DNA of 64,000 nt, taken from positions 1 to 64,000 of the forward strand of contig NIVC01003823.1 of assembly GCA_002269645.1 (NCBI GenBank), in the 5' to 3' direction. Origin of the DNA: Macrostomum lignano (Eukaryota). The notes beneath the pieces are model-generated. The model worked only from the letters and a program-made list of their open reading frames with translations. It searched no databases and was not told the DNA's origin. The stretch's first letter is position 1, and each line of letters opens with the position of its first letter. The position numbers and the translations under genes were made by a program. Shown here piece by piece: positions 59,863 through 64,000 of this stretch.

Positions 59863-61153
59863 CCTGTTAGAGATTCCTCTTTGTACGCACCACTCCAAAT
59901 TTGAGCAAAAATTTTGAAGGCCGATTTTCTAATTTCGACCCTGACTCATCAGAAACCGATGCAGGCATCATTTTCTGTCCATTATGATGCATGAGAATGT
60001 GCTAATGTACTGTAATTCTCATGTAATATAAATGTACATGTAATGCAATTCCAAGGGTCCTTGGTAAACCCCCCGGAATTACTCCTTTTGTAACTTATTA
60101 CCTCTTTGTAACTAATTGGCCACCATATAATAGGCCAAATACATGAAGAGCCAACTTGTCAAATGATATACAAATAAATACATTTTCCGCTATCAAATGA
60201 CACCAAGCTGGTTGAATTTCAGGTAATCAGGGAATTTCAGGTATCAAAAATCTTTAGGCAAAAGTAACACTACTTTAGACACTAATCAGATTTCTAAAGA
60301 AACACCTGCAAGTAAAAATGCATGCATGCTGACAACCTAAGAGTAACAGGCTTAATTCGAGTTGCTTGGACGCATAGCACCCTTTTGGACACCATGTGAA
60401 GATCGCCGCCCCCGCCCACACTAATGAACTGCTGATTCAGCATATACTACTGTTACTATTTAGTTCTGGCAAGTAGTAGAGTAAAGTTGCTCTTTGGCAA
60501 AATGAAGTCTCAAGACGAAAAGATGTGGAAATGAAAAGATTCCAATTTTATTTAAATCATAGAGTTGTTAAGTGGATATCTGGTGTTATAGAGGCAGACA
60601 GCAGTTAAACTTAAGCTGATTGGCCGTTGTTGATGGCAACAATATAAGATAGTCACAACTGACGATGGAATCAGACGTTGCCTTCTCAAATTCTGTTAGA
60701 AAAAAACGCACAACCAAGTCCTCTACTGGGAACCATCACCCGGACACAAGGACAGCCATTTAAACCTCAGTGAGCAAAGCAGCCAGACAAATATAATAAG
60801 AGGCAGGAAACAGAGCTCAGCAACATGAAGCCCACACGGTGGGTTCAGAGGTTGACTGCGCCACTGTCACGCGTCTTTGCTCACTGAACAGCACGCACCA
60901 CACGACTACGAGCTTGGCTCCCGCCACTTCAATTTATGCAACACGCGACTGCAGAACCACCGAAATAAATCGATAGACCAGCAGCACGGATGTAACACTG
61001 TCAGTAATTTAAATGGTTGATTAAACGTGGTTAAGGACAATAAGCTGGGGGATTTAGAGGAGCGAGTAATAAAAAAGGAGTCCGACGAGCAACTAAAAAG
61101 ATGATTAATCAGTTTTTGTAGTTAGCTTCATCTTCGCAGCTTTTATTCACTGT

Positions 61154-62607
<1,454 letters not shown>

Positions 62608-62722
62608 GGTTGATTAGCCTAGAAAGAGGCGTGGAGACTGTAGAAGACAAAACGCTTTGACGAGCTTGAAGTTAGCTGTAGAGCTGGCGATGAGGAGTCT
62701 CGGAGCGGGCTCAGAATTCTCT

Positions 62723-62805
62723 ATTTTATAGAGTTGGCCCGGCGTAACCAACGGCAACATGGTATCTGGCCATTATGCTGTAAAGCCCGCGTTGCCAATA
62801 GCGAT
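62723..62805 (-). promoter_or_regulatory. Alpha-tubulin promoter: TATA box plus RFX X-box-like sites
   Basis: TATAAAAT on the minus strand at 62723-62730. GTAACC-AAC-GGCAAC at 62744-62758 fits GTNRCC(N0-3)RGYAAC. A second partial site GTTGCC-AAT-AGCGAT is at 62791-62805. Confidence 0.6.
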
Positions 62806-64000
62806 GTGTGGGGACGGAAAATGGGTCGGAAGGCGTTGGGCGGGGTTTTTTCAGTCATGTACACTATATCAGTGTACGCTAGTTGTAGATTTTAGATCAA
62901 ATACAAACCCCTGTCCCGTACCTCAATTGTTGCGCTGGCTTTCACTCCTAGTAGGGGTAGGAAAAATCGATAATTTTGGGCAGTGAAGGGCTGAGGGGGC
63001 TGAAGCCACGCGATGTGACTCACCCTCAGGCTTCAACCCCCCCCCCTAAATTTCATTTCCAACCCAACCCTGCCTGGCCCCCCAGTGTGAAGGGAAGGAA
63101 GGATTTTCTCTACCCCAGTCTATGCTTGCTGTCTGTTAGGCCCTGCTGTATTGGTATTGAGGGCGTAGCCAGCCCTTGCTAGATTTCTCTAGCACCCCAC
63201 CCTCCCCAAACCCCCCTAAGAGACCCACCCATGCGACGCCGGCGCGCCTTGCACTGGATTCAGTGGATTGCCCTCAGACTCAGCCCACTCGCTCGCTTAC
63301 TCACTCGTCTCGTCACTCCCTCCACGCTCACACTGCATGCATGCATGGGACTTCGGCTGTGCAGTAGGCGGGCAGTATGCTACAGCAATTACCCCCATGG
63401 CCATAGCATAGCCCAATAATTCTGCCCGCTTGCCAGACTCTAGCAGCCCCCTTAGCTGGAGAGGGAGTGAGCCTTGTGGCTATAACTCAAGTGGGGCCGT
63501 TGCCATGGTTCCCGTCCCGTCTCTCCCTCTCCCTCTCTCTTGCTTGCCAATGCCTAACTTGTAGCACAATAGAAGCTAGAACGCTCCTGGGCTTGGAGTT
63601 GTAAACTAAAAAGAATGCATTGCATTGCATCTGCATGCGTTGCCAGCCACAGGCCACAGGCCAAGTAAAGAAATTTCTTTTTATTTCTTTTCCATTTTTC
63701 CATTTCCATTTTACTATTTCCAATGCAATTTTAATGCTAGCTCTGTTTTCTCTCCGTCTCCAATGACGCTCGAAACTGAAAAAAAATTAGAGCAAGAAAT
63801 GAAAGATATGGTTTGTCTTTCATTTTAATTCTCTCTACACTCTCAGTTGGAAGTTTTTCCGTTCTAATTCTAGACTAGCTGTTGCAGCAAATTGCAACAA
63901 AAGCCCGAGTCCAACTTCTACCACTTTAGCGTGCTCTAGAAAAAATATAGAAACTTGAGCAGACACTGGCGACTGCTGAGTGCTGAGTCATGGTCTATGT

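Noticed and set aside
59925-59955. Minus-strand CTGATGA..GAAA hammerhead-like string
   Set aside because: Stems I-III do not pair convincingly and there is no PLE context.

Overview
This is a repeat-rich eukaryotic (metazoan) genomic window with spliceosomal introns. Its composition, intron style and minisatellites are compatible with a free-living flatworm such as Macrostomum (inference only). There are six host genes. (1) The last exon of a GT32/A4GALT-like glycosyltransferase. (2) A ~20 kb, 22-exon RNF213/mysterin-like giant AAA+ E3 ligase (~5,000 aa when spliced by hand; RING and RZ fingers, CBM20-like domain, an extra N-terminal Cys-rich ribbon, two apparent 1-nt frameshifts). (3) A 4-exon CRAL-TRIO/SEC14 gene. 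(4) An intact 4-exon, 1365-aa TRP channel that joins N-terminal ankyrin repeats to a TRPM-type MHR3/4-S1-S6-TRP-box body, the most unusual item here. (5) An intronless cation-type Cys-loop channel that lacks the acetylcholine aromatic box. (6) An alpha-tubulin with two 1-nt deletions and RFX X-box motifs next to its TATA box. Between and within these genes lie RNase H-bearing LINE fragments, tRNA-derived SINEs, a Penelope GIY-YIG fragment with a degenerate hammerhead motif, Tc1/mariner remnants, a decayed Gypsy pol split by a Foldback-like element with a 9-bp TSD, several MITEs and many tandem arrays. All calls come from manual translation and motif recognition; no searches were run.
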